Shown: piece by piece, positions 46,670 through 56,428 of the stretch
Layout: each line of letters begins with the position of its first letter
How positions within the stretch are numbered: the stretch's first letter is position 1
Source: an uncultured Gammaproteobacteria bacterium
Lineage (GTDB): Bacteria; Patescibacteriota; Microgenomatia; Levybacterales; GWA1-39-11
DNA: 64,000 nt
Assembly (NCBI GenBank): GCA_964436385.1
Contig: CAYTCO010000003.1
Location: 5,342 to 69,341 of the forward strand
Direction of reading: 5' to 3'
Translations under genes and position numbers: made by a program
Notes under the pieces: model-generated
The model's database searches: none
Seen by the model: only the letters and a program-made list of their open reading frames with translations
What the model was told of the DNA's origin: nothing

Positions 46670-47563
46670 ATGCGAGAGAATATATACTGCATTGTCCTTA
46701 ATTGGAACGGCAAACATTTCCTAAAAAATTGTCTTGAATCAATACTTTCCTCTGATTACAAAAATATAGGGATTGTTCTTGTTGATAATGCATCAACAGA
46801 CGGTTCCGTAGCTTTTGTTGAGAAGAATTATAAAAGAGTAAAAATAATCGCAAACAAATCCAATTTAGGATGGACAGGGGGAAACAATAAAGGCGTTAAG
46901 TATGCCTTGAAGCAAAAAGCTGATGCAATATTTGTTTTAAATAACGACACAGTTATAACAAAAAACTGTATAAGCCAATTGTCTAAAATACTTTTTTCAA
47001 AGGAATCGATTGGAATCGTTGGCCCTAAAATATATTTGCTTGATGAAAAAGGAAAAAAAACCAAAACAATTTCTTTTGCAGGTGGTAGATTTACCAAAAA
47101 CAGATACTTTGGTGTTCATGTAGGAAATAATAAGAAAGATACGGGTAAGTTTGAAAAAGTGAAGGAATCTGAATATATAACCGGAGCAGCAATTCTTATA
47201 AAAAGGAAAGTATTTGAAAAAATTGGATTCTTTGATGACAAGTACTTTATTTATTATGATGAATCAGATTTTTGCTTGAGAGCAAGAAAAACTGGATTTT
47301 CTATTTACATTCAACCAAAGGCTGTGGCTTATCATGCATTTTCTGGAACTGTTGAAGTTAATTCTCCATTCCAGAAGTATTACACAACAAGAAACCACTA
47401 TCTCTTTGTGGAAAGAAATGCACCTATGAGAGTTAAGTTGAGGGAGTGGTTGAGGACCCCAAAGACTGCTTATGAGTTTATTAAAAAAGACTTCGACAGA
47501 TATTCACTTCTCGGGATTCGCGATTATTATTTGAGAAACTTTGGAAAAAGGAGGTATTGGTAA
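46670..47563 (+). CDS. Family 2 glycosyltransferase
   Basis: It has the GT2 pattern (CIVLNWNG...VLVDNASTDGS) and a DxD region. Confidence 0.65.
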   Translation: MRENIYCIVLNWNGKHFLKNCLESILSSDYKNIGIVLVDNASTDGSVAFVEKNYKRVKIIANKSNLGWTGGNNKGVKYALKQKADAIFVLNNDTVITKNCISQLSKILFSKESIGIVGPKIYLLDEKGKKTKTISFAGGRFTKNRYFGVHVGNNKKDTGKFEKVKESEYITGAAILIKRKVFEKIGFFDDKYFIYYDESDFCLRARKTGFSIYIQPKAVAYHAFSGTVEVNSPFQKYYTTRNHYLFVERNAPMRVKLREWLRTPKTAYEFIKKDFDRYSLLGIRDYYLRNFGKRRYW

Positions 47564-48666
47564 TGAAAATTGCCGTATTTCACGAATTGCATAATGGTGG
47601 AGCAAAAAGAGCAGTAACTGAAATCGGAAGACATCTCAAAGAGACTGATGTGGTCGATCTTTATGTCTCTGGCCAAAAACCAGATAAGGAGGAAAAAGCA
47701 TCGTTTAGAAGAGTTTACAGTTTCCCTTTTGCGTCAAAAGTATGGAGACGGGGAGACTGGATTGCAAAACTTTATAAAGATACTTACGAGTATGTAAAGC
47801 TTTTGAATCATCACAAAAAAATTGCCGAGAAACTCAATAAGGGAAATTACGATTTAGTGTTCATACATCCTTCGCAGTTTACTCAAGCTCCTTTTATTTT
47901 GCTGTTCGTAAAAGCAACAAGGATATATTACTGCCAGGAACCATTAAGAATAGTTTATGACAAAGCATTAAATGATTTATCCCATATCCATGGTGCAAGA
48001 AAGGCTTATGAGTTAGCAGCAAGAACAATTAGACGAGTTATTGATAGGGTGAATTTAAGTCGAGCAGATTACATATTTTGCAATTCAGAATTTTCAAAAG
48101 ATTCAATAAATAGGGCATACGGAGTTAAGGCTAGGGTAAAATATTTAGGAGTTGACCATAAATTTTTCAAACCTAGCAAAGCAGCAAAAAAGGTAGATGT
48201 TCTTTACTTTGGATCACACGAAAGAATTGAGATGTACGAATTGTTCAAAAATGCAATTAAGGGATTGCCGAAAAGAATTAAGATACATGAGCATTTTCCC
48301 GGGCACAATTGGGTTTCTGACGAGTCACTTCGCAAAATGTATCAGGAATCAAAATTGGTCATTACACTGCATAAGAATGAGCCATTTGGGCTTATCCCGA
48401 TTGAGGCTGCTTCGTGTGGAACAATTACAATTGCCCTTGATAGCGGAGGCCATAAAGAGTCAATAATTGATGGAAAAACTGGTTACTTGATAGGGCAAGA
48501 TCAACATGCCTTATCTAATAAATTAATGTCAGTTTTGGCAAATGATTCGAGAAGAAAACTTATGGAAAGCCAGGCAAGAGCAAATGTAGCTGAGCGGTGG
48601 ACATGGGAAGTAAGTGTCAAAAACATTCGTAAAGAATTATTAAAAATTCATGAAAAAAAGAATTAA
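47557..48666 (+). CDS. Family 4 glycosyltransferase
   Basis: It has the GT4 C-terminal motif EPFGLIPIEAASCGTITIA. Confidence 0.65.
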   Translation: MVMKIAVFHELHNGGAKRAVTEIGRHLKETDVVDLYVSGQKPDKEEKASFRRVYSFPFASKVWRRGDWIAKLYKDTYEYVKLLNHHKKIAEKLNKGNYDLVFIHPSQFTQAPFILLFVKATRIYYCQEPLRIVYDKALNDLSHIHGARKAYELAARTIRRVIDRVNLSRADYIFCNSEFSKDSINRAYGVKARVKYLGVDHKFFKPSKAAKKVDVLYFGSHERIEMYELFKNAIKGLPKRIKIHEHFPGHNWVSDESLRKMYQESKLVITLHKNEPFGLIPIEAASCGTITIALDSGGHKESIIDGKTGYLIGQDQHALSNKLMSVLANDSRRKLMESQARANVAERWTWEVSVKNIRKELLKIHEKKN

Positions 48667-50851
48667 GCTATCCATAATTTATGTTTATTTCAATACTCCA
48701 AAGGAGATTGTAGATTCTATCGCCTCATTAAAAGAAGCAACATCCATAAATAATTTTGAAGTAATTGTTGTTAATAATAACTCCCCAAAAAATCTTCCAA
48801 AAATGCCCCATTTAAAAAAGATAAAAGTAATTAAGAGCAAAAGAAATTTGGGATTTGGGGCAGGTTGCAACTTAGGAGCAAAGAAAGCCTCAGGTAAATA
48901 TTTGTTATTCATAAATCCAGACACTATATTTAAAAAAAGCTCGATAGATATTCTTTTAAAAAAAATTTCTTCAAACAAGAATATAGGAGTTGTAGGACCA
49001 AAAATGGTCTCAGAAGCCGGAAAGACTCTGCCCACTACAAGCACATTCATAAGCCCATTTAATGCCTTATTTAAGTTTTCTTTCCTTGGAAAATTTTTAA
49101 CTAAAAACGTAGTTACAAAAGGACAAACCGATGTTTTAAGTGGAGCGTGTCTTCTTATAAAGAAAAACGTTTTCGAAGAGGTAGAAGGCTTTGATGAGAA
49201 TTTCTTTATGTATTTTGAAGAACAAGATTTATGTAAGAGAATTGCTGATCTTGGATACAAAATTGTTTATGAGCCCAAATCTCAAATCACTCATTTTATC
49301 GGTAGAAGCTTAAGTAATAAAAAAACTATAGAGGAATACTTCCGAACTAGTAGATATAAATACTCGAAGAAACACTTCGGAAACAAGAAAGCAGCCATTA
49401 TTGAATTCATCTTAAGAAATCTGAGCATAACAAATGTTGCCATTTTTGTAATTTTCTGTTTGTCACTTTTTCTAAATACATTCCGTATGTCTGAGTTAAT
49501 GCTTCTGATTGGGGACAGCGCTCGTGACTTTATTGCTGGGCAAGCAATGATTGAAACCGGCAAGATTCCACTGGTTGGAATTCCTTCATCTGTTACATGG
49601 CTTCATCAAGGCCCAATTTCAGTTTGGCTTATTGGACTTTCGTTTTTATTCTCAAACACAAACCCTGTCGCTCCAGGTTATTTATTTGGCTTCCTAGGTG
49701 CTATAAGTACTGCTTTAGTTTATCTTCTTGGAAAAACGTATTTCAACAAGAGAGTAGGTGTACTGTCTGCTTTGCTTTTTGCCACAGCACCAATGATTAC
49801 AGTAAATAGCAGAATGCCCTATCACACTTCACTGATTCCGCTTTTTACGCTTATTTTCTTTCTGGTCTTGCATAAATCTATTAGTAAAACGAAATTACTT
49901 CCGTTGATGTTCTTTTTTCTCGGTATTCTGCTTCAGGTAGAACTATCAAACATTGTTGTATTTGGATTGGTTTTTATCACATTACGTATTTTGAAAATTC
50001 ATGCCTCTAGATTAGAAATTGTTAAATCAATTATTGGATTTATAACTGGAATCTCTCCCTTCATTTTGTATGATCTAACTCGCGGTTTTTCGTATTCTTT
50101 ATTCCCCCTATGGATTCTTAACCGTTTGCGTCTTTTTGCTGGTATCGGAACTGACAATGCTCCAACTTCATCAGGTTTGCCAAATGCAATTAATACTTTT
50201 TATCATCAGATTTCGGCTTCAATTTTTCCGAACATTCCTTACTTTGGACTGGTTATTTTTATGGTCTCACTAATTATTTTGGCATGGTTTACTTATTCCA
50301 AAAGAAGCAAAGGCAATCTATTACTATTACTTTGGATTACTGTTCCATCTATTGCGTTTTTATTGCATGCGTCACCAGGAACGGCTTACTTTGCACTGTT
50401 GTATCCTGCCATTTCATTAACCTTTGGTTTCTTTTTAGATAAACTAACATCAAAAACACAATTGTCATATCTTTTTATCGCGGCTATAGTTGCATCTAAC
50501 GTATTTTTATTGATTAAGAATGATTTTTACGTAACTAGCAAAAATGGACCACATCTTATGCCTCCTTCTGGTTATTCTTTTGGAAATACGTGGGTTTTTG
50601 TTAATGAAACATCACATGCGATTGTCGGAAACGCGGCCGGAAAAGAATTTAAAATAACACCACTAGGTTTTCTTAATGAGTACAAAACCAGTATGGATCC
50701 ATATAAATTTCTTATAACAAGAGCGGGAGGAAAATTAAACGATAAAGCTAAAATCAACTATTTAATTACTGTTGAGGGCATAACAAAGGACAAATCTAAA
50801 ATTATATACTCAAATTTTCAAGACCAAGTTGAAAGGTATGAATCTAAATAA
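48650..50851 (+). CDS. Fusion protein: N-terminal GT2 glycosyltransferase + C-terminal polytopic GT-C-like domain
   Basis: Residues 1-250 form a GT2 (IIYVYFNTPKE...VVNNNSP, DxD). Residues about 260-733 contain more than 10 TM helices. Total length is 733 aa. Confidence 0.5.
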   Translation: MKKRIKLSIIYVYFNTPKEIVDSIASLKEATSINNFEVIVVNNNSPKNLPKMPHLKKIKVIKSKRNLGFGAGCNLGAKKASGKYLLFINPDTIFKKSSIDILLKKISSNKNIGVVGPKMVSEAGKTLPTTSTFISPFNALFKFSFLGKFLTKNVVTKGQTDVLSGACLLIKKNVFEEVEGFDENFFMYFEEQDLCKRIADLGYKIVYEPKSQITHFIGRSLSNKKTIEEYFRTSRYKYSKKHFGNKKAAIIEFILRNLSITNVAIFVIFCLSLFLNTFRMSELMLLIGDSARDFIAGQAMIETGKIPLVGIPSSVTWLHQGPISVWLIGLSFLFSNTNPVAPGYLFGFLGAISTALVYLLGKTYFNKRVGVLSALLFATAPMITVNSRMPYHTSLIPLFTLIFFLVLHKSISKTKLLPLMFFFLGILLQVELSNIVVFGLVFITLRILKIHASRLEIVKSIIGFITGISPFILYDLTRGFSYSLFPLWILNRLRLFAGIGTDNAPTSSGLPNAINTFYHQISASIFPNIPYFGLVIFMVSLIILAWFTYSKRSKGNLLLLLWITVPSIAFLLHASPGTAYFALLYPAISLTFGFFLDKLTSKTQLSYLFIAAIVASNVFLLIKNDFYVTSKNGPHLMPPSGYSFGNTWVFVNETSHAIVGNAAGKEFKITPLGFLNEYKTSMDPYKFLITRAGGKLNDKAKINYLITVEGITKDKSKIIYSNFQDQVERYESK

Positions 50852-52646
50852 ATTTCTTATAGCAACCTTTGTTACATTCGGATTTATTTCCTCGCTAGTC
50901 CTATTGGCTACATCAAAAGCATCCCATTTTCTTCCTGGACTAACACTTAATGCTATTTTTCTTTGCTCAATTTTTTATAAATCCAAGAATAATCTTAAGA
51001 AAATTAGGCTTACGAAACCAAGCTTAGGCAGTCTGTTTAAAAAAACTAATACAATAATTCGTTCAAATTTCTTAGTTTTTCTGCTCATAAGTATTTATGT
51101 CTCTCTTGGTATGGTTTCATTAACTTGGGGTTCGCCAAACATTAGTCATCCGTTTCCTTACCATATGGATGAATGGCACCAACTCCAATCTCTAAGGTCT
51201 TTGTATGAGAATGGATCAAATAACGTTGATGGAGCAGCTTATGGAACATTTTTGAATTATATTTTAGCTGGTTTTTATGTAGCTTTTTTTACGCTTCTAG
51301 GCATTATTAACCCACAGGCTATTTCAAGTTCTGTAGACAATCTTTCTTCGCAGACTCTAATTTTTGGAATACTGAGAATGAGTGTATTGCTTTATGGAAT
51401 TGGCGCATTAACTATTTTTAGTTATATCTGCAAAAAATATTTTAGTGTTGATAACAGGATTGGAGTTTTTTTGTTTATTTCAGTTCCGGTTTTTCTAATA
51501 ATAAGTAATTATTTTAAGTATGACATTACATTAATATTCTTTATCTTGTTAGCATTTTTGTTTACCTTAAGATTTGGAGAAAAACCAAATATGGAGAGCT
51601 ATATTCTTATGTGCATAAGCTGCACAGCTTCATTTTCAATCAAAATGAGCTCAATTGCACTTCTTCCTTTGCCATTTATAGCCCTGGCCTTATATATTTC
51701 AGATAACAAGGAGAGAATAAGATACGTTCTCATAGGACTTGGTGTAATAGCCGCGACTACAGTTACTGTTGGAATGCCAGACATTTTTTCAAAGATCACT
51801 GAATACAAACTTCTTTTGTCATCAAACACTGATAGCATTTACAAATTCAATGAACTCTATAAATTAAAAGAACCATTTGCTTTATATGCTGTACTTCGCA
51901 TGTTCCCAACGCTTTTTGGGTACGGGTTATTCATTTTATCGATAGTTTCTATCCCGGCAGTTCTGATACTATCTATAAAAAATAGTAAATTAAGAAAAAA
52001 AATTGTTATTCTTGTAGCAATTCTTGTCCTTTTTGCAATAACTCTCTTGCAATTAAAGTGGCATATGGGTGGGAATAGGTCTTTGGTATTAGTTCCGTTT
52101 CTTATAATTTCATCTCTTTTATTTCTTAAACATTTTGTAAAAAACAAATCGATATACCTACTGCTAACAGTTTTTTTGGTTGTAATGCAAACTGTCCAGA
52201 TCATCGGTTTTTTGCAAATCAAATTTGACAAGCCAATTCAAGAAAGAGCCTCGACAGTTATTAACTCTAAGATAGGGAGAGGAAGCACAATTGGCTTGGA
52301 GAACATTCCAATATATCAACTGCTACCTGATTTAATTGTTAAAGAATTCTACTTCAATCAATATAAAATGGGAGACAAAAATAAATATAAATACAAAATA
52401 ATCACTGAAAACGATGAATCTTTCCCACGTTATGTTATTTTAAGCAATGCATATATAGCACAAAATCACTTTAACTTTTCCTCCAAAGAGAATATTGCCA
52501 AGAAACTCCATAATCTTGGTTATGGTAAATTTTTTGAAGTTAAAACAAATCTACACATATTTTCTTTGTTCGGAGACGAATTTGACTACTATTTCTCTGG
52601 ACTACTGGCTATGCCATATGATATAACGGTTTATGAAAAAAAATAA
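50829..52646 (+). CDS. GT-C fold membrane glycosyltransferase (PMT/ArnT-like)
   Basis: It is polytopic and the first loop contains HPFPYHMDEWHQ (DE motif). It is 605 aa. Confidence 0.45.
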   Translation: MKGMNLNKFLIATFVTFGFISSLVLLATSKASHFLPGLTLNAIFLCSIFYKSKNNLKKIRLTKPSLGSLFKKTNTIIRSNFLVFLLISIYVSLGMVSLTWGSPNISHPFPYHMDEWHQLQSLRSLYENGSNNVDGAAYGTFLNYILAGFYVAFFTLLGIINPQAISSSVDNLSSQTLIFGILRMSVLLYGIGALTIFSYICKKYFSVDNRIGVFLFISVPVFLIISNYFKYDITLIFFILLAFLFTLRFGEKPNMESYILMCISCTASFSIKMSSIALLPLPFIALALYISDNKERIRYVLIGLGVIAATTVTVGMPDIFSKITEYKLLLSSNTDSIYKFNELYKLKEPFALYAVLRMFPTLFGYGLFILSIVSIPAVLILSIKNSKLRKKIVILVAILVLFAITLLQLKWHMGGNRSLVLVPFLIISSLLFLKHFVKNKSIYLLLTVFLVVMQTVQIIGFLQIKFDKPIQERASTVINSKIGRGSTIGLENIPIYQLLPDLIVKEFYFNQYKMGDKNKYKYKIITENDESFPRYVILSNAYIAQNHFNFSSKENIAKKLHNLGYGKFFEVKTNLHIFSLFGDEFDYYFSGLLAMPYDITVYEKK

Positions 52647-53694
52647 GACTCAGAATAATCTTAATTTAAAAGGCAAAAGCGTACTTATAACGGGTGGGAC
52701 TGGCTCATTTGGCAACTCAGTAACTAAAAGACTTCTTGAACTCAATCCTCGGCAGATTATCATTTTCAGCAGGGACGAAAAAAAACAGTATGACATGAGA
52801 AATAAGTTTGATGATAACTCAAGGCTTCGATTTGTTATTGGGGATGTGAGGGATAGAAGTAGTATCGACAAAGTCATGAAGGGAGTAAATTATGTTTTTC
52901 ATGCTGCTGCGTTAAAGCAGGTTCCTACGTGTGAATTTTTTCCCCTTGAAGCTATTAGAACCAATGCTATTGGTGCAGAAAATGTTATTAGAAGTGCAAT
53001 TGAAAACAAGGTTGAATCTGTTGTGGTTTTAAGCACGGATAAAGCGGTTTATCCGATTAACGTAATCGGTATGACCAAGGCTCTAATGGAAAAAATAATG
53101 ATTTCGGAGGCAAAGAATTTGATATCAGCAAAATCTAAAACTTTGCTTTGTGGAGTTAGATACGGAAACGTGCTTTACACAAGGGGATCTGTAATTCCAT
53201 ATTTTATCGGGTTGATAAAGCAGAACAAGAAACTTCCAGTTACACAATTTCAGATGACAAGATTTCTTCTTCCTCTTGACGATGCTGTCGGACTTGTACT
53301 TTTTGCGCTTTCGAAAGGTAAAAGTGGGAGTATGTATATTAAAAAATCTCCTGCTTGCACGCTGGAGGTGTTGGCTCAAGCTTTGTGTGAGTTATTTAAT
53401 CATGAAAAAGGATACTACGAAGTAGGTATAAGAGCTGGTGAAAAGACTCACGAAACATTGGTTGCACAAGAAGAATCAGTTAGAGCAAAGGATTTAGGAG
53501 ATTATTATCAGATTCCTCCTGAAAGCCAAGGGCTAGACTATGGAAGATATTTTTCCAGAGGCGTAAAGCCGGGGAAACAGATTGCTCCTTACACTTCCGA
53601 GAACACAAAAAGGTTAAATGTTGTGCAGGTAAAGAAAATATTACTATCAATACCTCAAGTTCAGAAAGAACTTAAGGCTATCTCAAAAAAGTAG
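52633..53694 (+). CDS. UDP-GlcNAc 4,6-dehydratase (CapD/CapE/PseB/FlaA1-like)
   Basis: It has KSVLITGGTGSFGNSV and ...TKALMEK..., the typical CapD-like short form of about 350 aa. Confidence 0.7.
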   Translation: MKKNKTQNNLNLKGKSVLITGGTGSFGNSVTKRLLELNPRQIIIFSRDEKKQYDMRNKFDDNSRLRFVIGDVRDRSSIDKVMKGVNYVFHAAALKQVPTCEFFPLEAIRTNAIGAENVIRSAIENKVESVVVLSTDKAVYPINVIGMTKALMEKIMISEAKNLISAKSKTLLCGVRYGNVLYTRGSVIPYFIGLIKQNKKLPVTQFQMTRFLLPLDDAVGLVLFALSKGKSGSMYIKKSPACTLEVLAQALCELFNHEKGYYEVGIRAGEKTHETLVAQEESVRAKDLGDYYQIPPESQGLDYGRYFSRGVKPGKQIAPYTSENTKRLNVVQVKKILLSIPQVQKELKAISKK

Positions 53695-54409
53695 CCATCA
53701 TCGCGTACTTAAAGTAATCATAGAAAACTTTCGGTTTGTAGGAAAAATGAGAAGCAGAATTTTTTCTTGATGTAAGAGTGTAGGGAATTTGACTAAAAGT
53801 TGATCCATTTTTCTTTAAGATATACATTTCTTCAAGAATTATTGAAAAGTTATTCTCCTTAAACTTCATGCCCCTTAGTTTTGATGTTTTTGCCATTCGA
53901 AAACCATTAGTGCAATCAGTTATTCCTACATTAAAAAACGCACTAGCAACGAAATTGCCGATACTTGAGACAACTCTTCTGTATTCAGGAACATTAACTA
54001 CTTTTGAACCCTTCATGTAGCGGCTTGCCTTAACTACATCAAAACCCTTTTTAGATTCCTCGATAAATTTATGTATGTATTTAGGGTCATTTGTTAGATC
54101 TGAATCCATAGTCAGGCAGTATTCAAAATTTAAACGGATTGCTTCTCGGATTCCAGTTTGAATAGCGCCACCGTAACCTTTGTTTGTTTTGTGATGTACA
54201 ACTTTTAAATATTTTTTTTCTTTCGTTCTCCACCTCTCAAGGATGTTATATGTTTTGTCACGGCTTCCGTCGTTAATCGCAATTAGCACAATTCTATCTT
54301 TTTCTTTTTTTATAAAACTTAGAACTTTTCCAATGCATTTATCTGCGACTTTTTCTTCGTTATACATTGGAATAATTACTGCGAGGAAATTCTTAGATTT
54401 TAATACCAT
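53678..54409 (-). CDS. Family 2 glycosyltransferase (polyprenyl-phosphate sugar synthase-like)
   Basis: It has a GT2 N-terminus (AVIIPMYNEEK...AINDGSRDKT) and is 243 aa. Confidence 0.6.
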   Translation of the reverse strand: MVLKSKNFLAVIIPMYNEEKVADKCIGKVLSFIKKEKDRIVLIAINDGSRDKTYNILERWRTKEKKYLKVVHHKTNKGYGGAIQTGIREAIRLNFEYCLTMDSDLTNDPKYIHKFIEESKKGFDVVKASRYMKGSKVVNVPEYRRVVSSIGNFVASAFFNVGITDCTNGFRMAKTSKLRGMKFKENNFSIILEEMYILKKNGSTFSQIPYTLTSRKNSASHFSYKPKVFYDYFKYAMMATFLR

Positions 54410-55583
54410 CTTCCATAAACGAACGTTTTAAGGGCAAGTGGCTATTTTCTGGCAGGTGTCCTTGTACTCTGTCTTCTCTTAGTCTTTTTGCTATATCTTG
54501 TGCAATTGCTTTTGATGCTCCTTTTTCTCCAAAGGGTTGTTTCCATTTCTTGCCTGAAATTTTTTCCAACTTTTTGAATATTAATTCGGGGGGATACTTG
54601 TTTGGCAAACTTGAATCAAACTTAATGCAGCCACCAGTGTCATACACTTGAGGCCGTTCTGTTGCCTTTCTCATATTTATGCATGGGACCTGCAAGACGC
54701 AAGCCTCTTCATTTAAAGTTCCAGAGTCGGTAATTACTCCCTTGGCATTTTTCATAAGGATTAGTATTTCTTCATATCCAATTGGATCGACCATTATCAC
54801 ATTTTTAGGCAATTTAAATTTTTTGTCTTTAATTACTTTCTGAGTTCTATAACTTGCGGGAAAATAAATTTTATACGGGCTTTTTGAGAGTAAATTAAGA
54901 ATTGCCTTAAAAGAAGAGTCAAAGTGAACATTTTCTCTTCTGTGACAGGTCATAAGTAGGTAATTATTTCTTTCAATCCCTCGTGCTTCGAAAAACTTAT
55001 CAGTGGCCATCTTTGTAAGTTTTTTTTCTTGTGAAAAATAATAGGTGTCTAGCAGGTCTATTACTGGATGTCCTGTAACAACTATATTTTTGGGATTTAA
55101 GCCTTCTTTTATACCCCTTTCCTTATACTCTTGAGCATATGTATATATAACATCGCTCATGTGATCGGCTAAAGTCCGATACTTTTCCTCAGGCATCCTC
55201 CAGTCATAAGAGTGCCAACAACCTTCGATGTGAAAAATAGGGATGTTAAGCTGAAGGGCTGCTATGCACCCGATAGCTGTATTGGTGTCTCCGAGAAATG
55301 CTACCGCATCCGGTTTTATGTCTTCCAAAACAGGATAAAGTTTTGCAATAAGTTTTGATACAACCTGTGCGTCGTTTTCTCCCCTGCATTTAAGATCAAT
55401 GTCAGGGTTTCTAACTCCTAGTTCTCTGAAAAATATTCCCTTTAAATTATCAGAATAATTTTGACCAGACCATATAAATATAGTTTCTATGTCGCGTTCA
55501 CGCTCAAGATGTTTGAGTATGAGTGCCGCACGAATAAGGTCGGGTCGAAGTCCAAGAACGAACGCAATTTTCTTTTTTTTCAT
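54393..55583 (-). CDS. UDP-N-acetylglucosamine 2-epimerase family protein (WecB/CapG/NeuC-like)
   Basis: The internal start MKKKKIAFVLGLRPDLIRAA gives a 4-bp overlap with the downstream gene. The HIEG-like HIEGC motif is present. Confidence 0.7.
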   Translation of the reverse strand: MKKKKIAFVLGLRPDLIRAALILKHLERERDIETIFIWSGQNYSDNLKGIFFRELGVRNPDIDLKCRGENDAQVVSKLIAKLYPVLEDIKPDAVAFLGDTNTAIGCIAALQLNIPIFHIEGCWHSYDWRMPEEKYRTLADHMSDVIYTYAQEYKERGIKEGLNPKNIVVTGHPVIDLLDTYYFSQEKKLTKMATDKFFEARGIERNNYLLMTCHRRENVHFDSSFKAILNLLSKSPYKIYFPASYRTQKVIKDKKFKLPKNVIMVDPIGYEEILILMKNAKGVITDSGTLNEEACVLQVPCINMRKATERPQVYDTGGCIKFDSSLPNKYPPELIFKKLEKISGKKWKQPFGEKGASKAIAQDIAKRLREDRVQGHLPENSHLPLKRSFMEDGIKI

Positions 55584-56428
55584 GATTTTTGAAATAGTAC
55601 TAATTGATCTAATGCAGACCGAATATCGCAAGTATACTTATTCATGTATTTCTTGTCAAAGACAGAGATTAGTTTTCGAACAACTTGTTCTCTCTTTTTT
55701 TTCTTAGCAATCTTTGCACTTACAATTCCTACCTTTCTAGCCTCATTTAAGATTTCATAGTGAGAAACGTTTCTAATTGGTGAAAAATTCATTAGCTGAC
55801 CATAGACTCTAAGATTATTTTCCCAGTCGGTTATTAATTCTTCGCAAAATTTGGCAAACTGTAGTGTTGTGCATCCAGACCAATTTTGATTTGTGTACCC
55901 ATCAATCTCCGCGTCATTTGTATTTTTAGACCTATCCAGAAGGCTATAGACTCGGTTAGGGGAAAGGCCGATGATTGATGTTCTTATATTAATAGTGTTT
56001 TTAGTGTTTGGTTCACCAAGTAATTTTGATGCTGCATAGGGAGTTTGAGGTGAAACTTTTGAATACTCATTTGCTTTAAGGTTTTGATCTGAATACACAA
56101 CGTCTGTAGATACATGTATAAGGCCTATTTTTAAATCAGAAAGGATACTGGCAAGTTGTTGGGGAAAGAGAGAGTTTGTCCTAATCAAGGTTTCTATGGC
56201 TGCATCCTTTCTTGTCTCACCTATGCAGTTTATAACTATGTTAACTTTGTTTGCATTCTTTAAAATGTTTCGAATTGATTCAATGTTACTTACATCGAAT
56301 TTAAAAAAACCCCTTTTTTTTCTGGATGTTCCCAACACATCAAATGAATCAATAGCCGAAAGGTAAGAATATACTGTATTTCCAACGAGTCCATCTATGC
56401 CTAGAATAAGTACTTTTACTTTTTTCAT
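55580..56428 (-). CDS. NAD(P)-dependent sugar reductase, RmlD-like
   Basis: It has a Rossmann N-terminus (KVLILGIDGLVGNTV) and VSTDVVYSD, similar to the dTDP-4-dehydrorhamnose reductase STDYVF. The protein is 282 aa. Confidence 0.4.
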   Translation of the reverse strand: MKKVKVLILGIDGLVGNTVYSYLSAIDSFDVLGTSRKKRGFFKFDVSNIESIRNILKNANKVNIVINCIGETRKDAAIETLIRTNSLFPQQLASILSDLKIGLIHVSTDVVYSDQNLKANEYSKVSPQTPYAASKLLGEPNTKNTINIRTSIIGLSPNRVYSLLDRSKNTNDAEIDGYTNQNWSGCTTLQFAKFCEELITDWENNLRVYGQLMNFSPIRNVSHYEILNEARKVGIVSAKIAKKKKREQVVRKLISVFDKKYMNKYTCDIRSALDQLVLFQKS

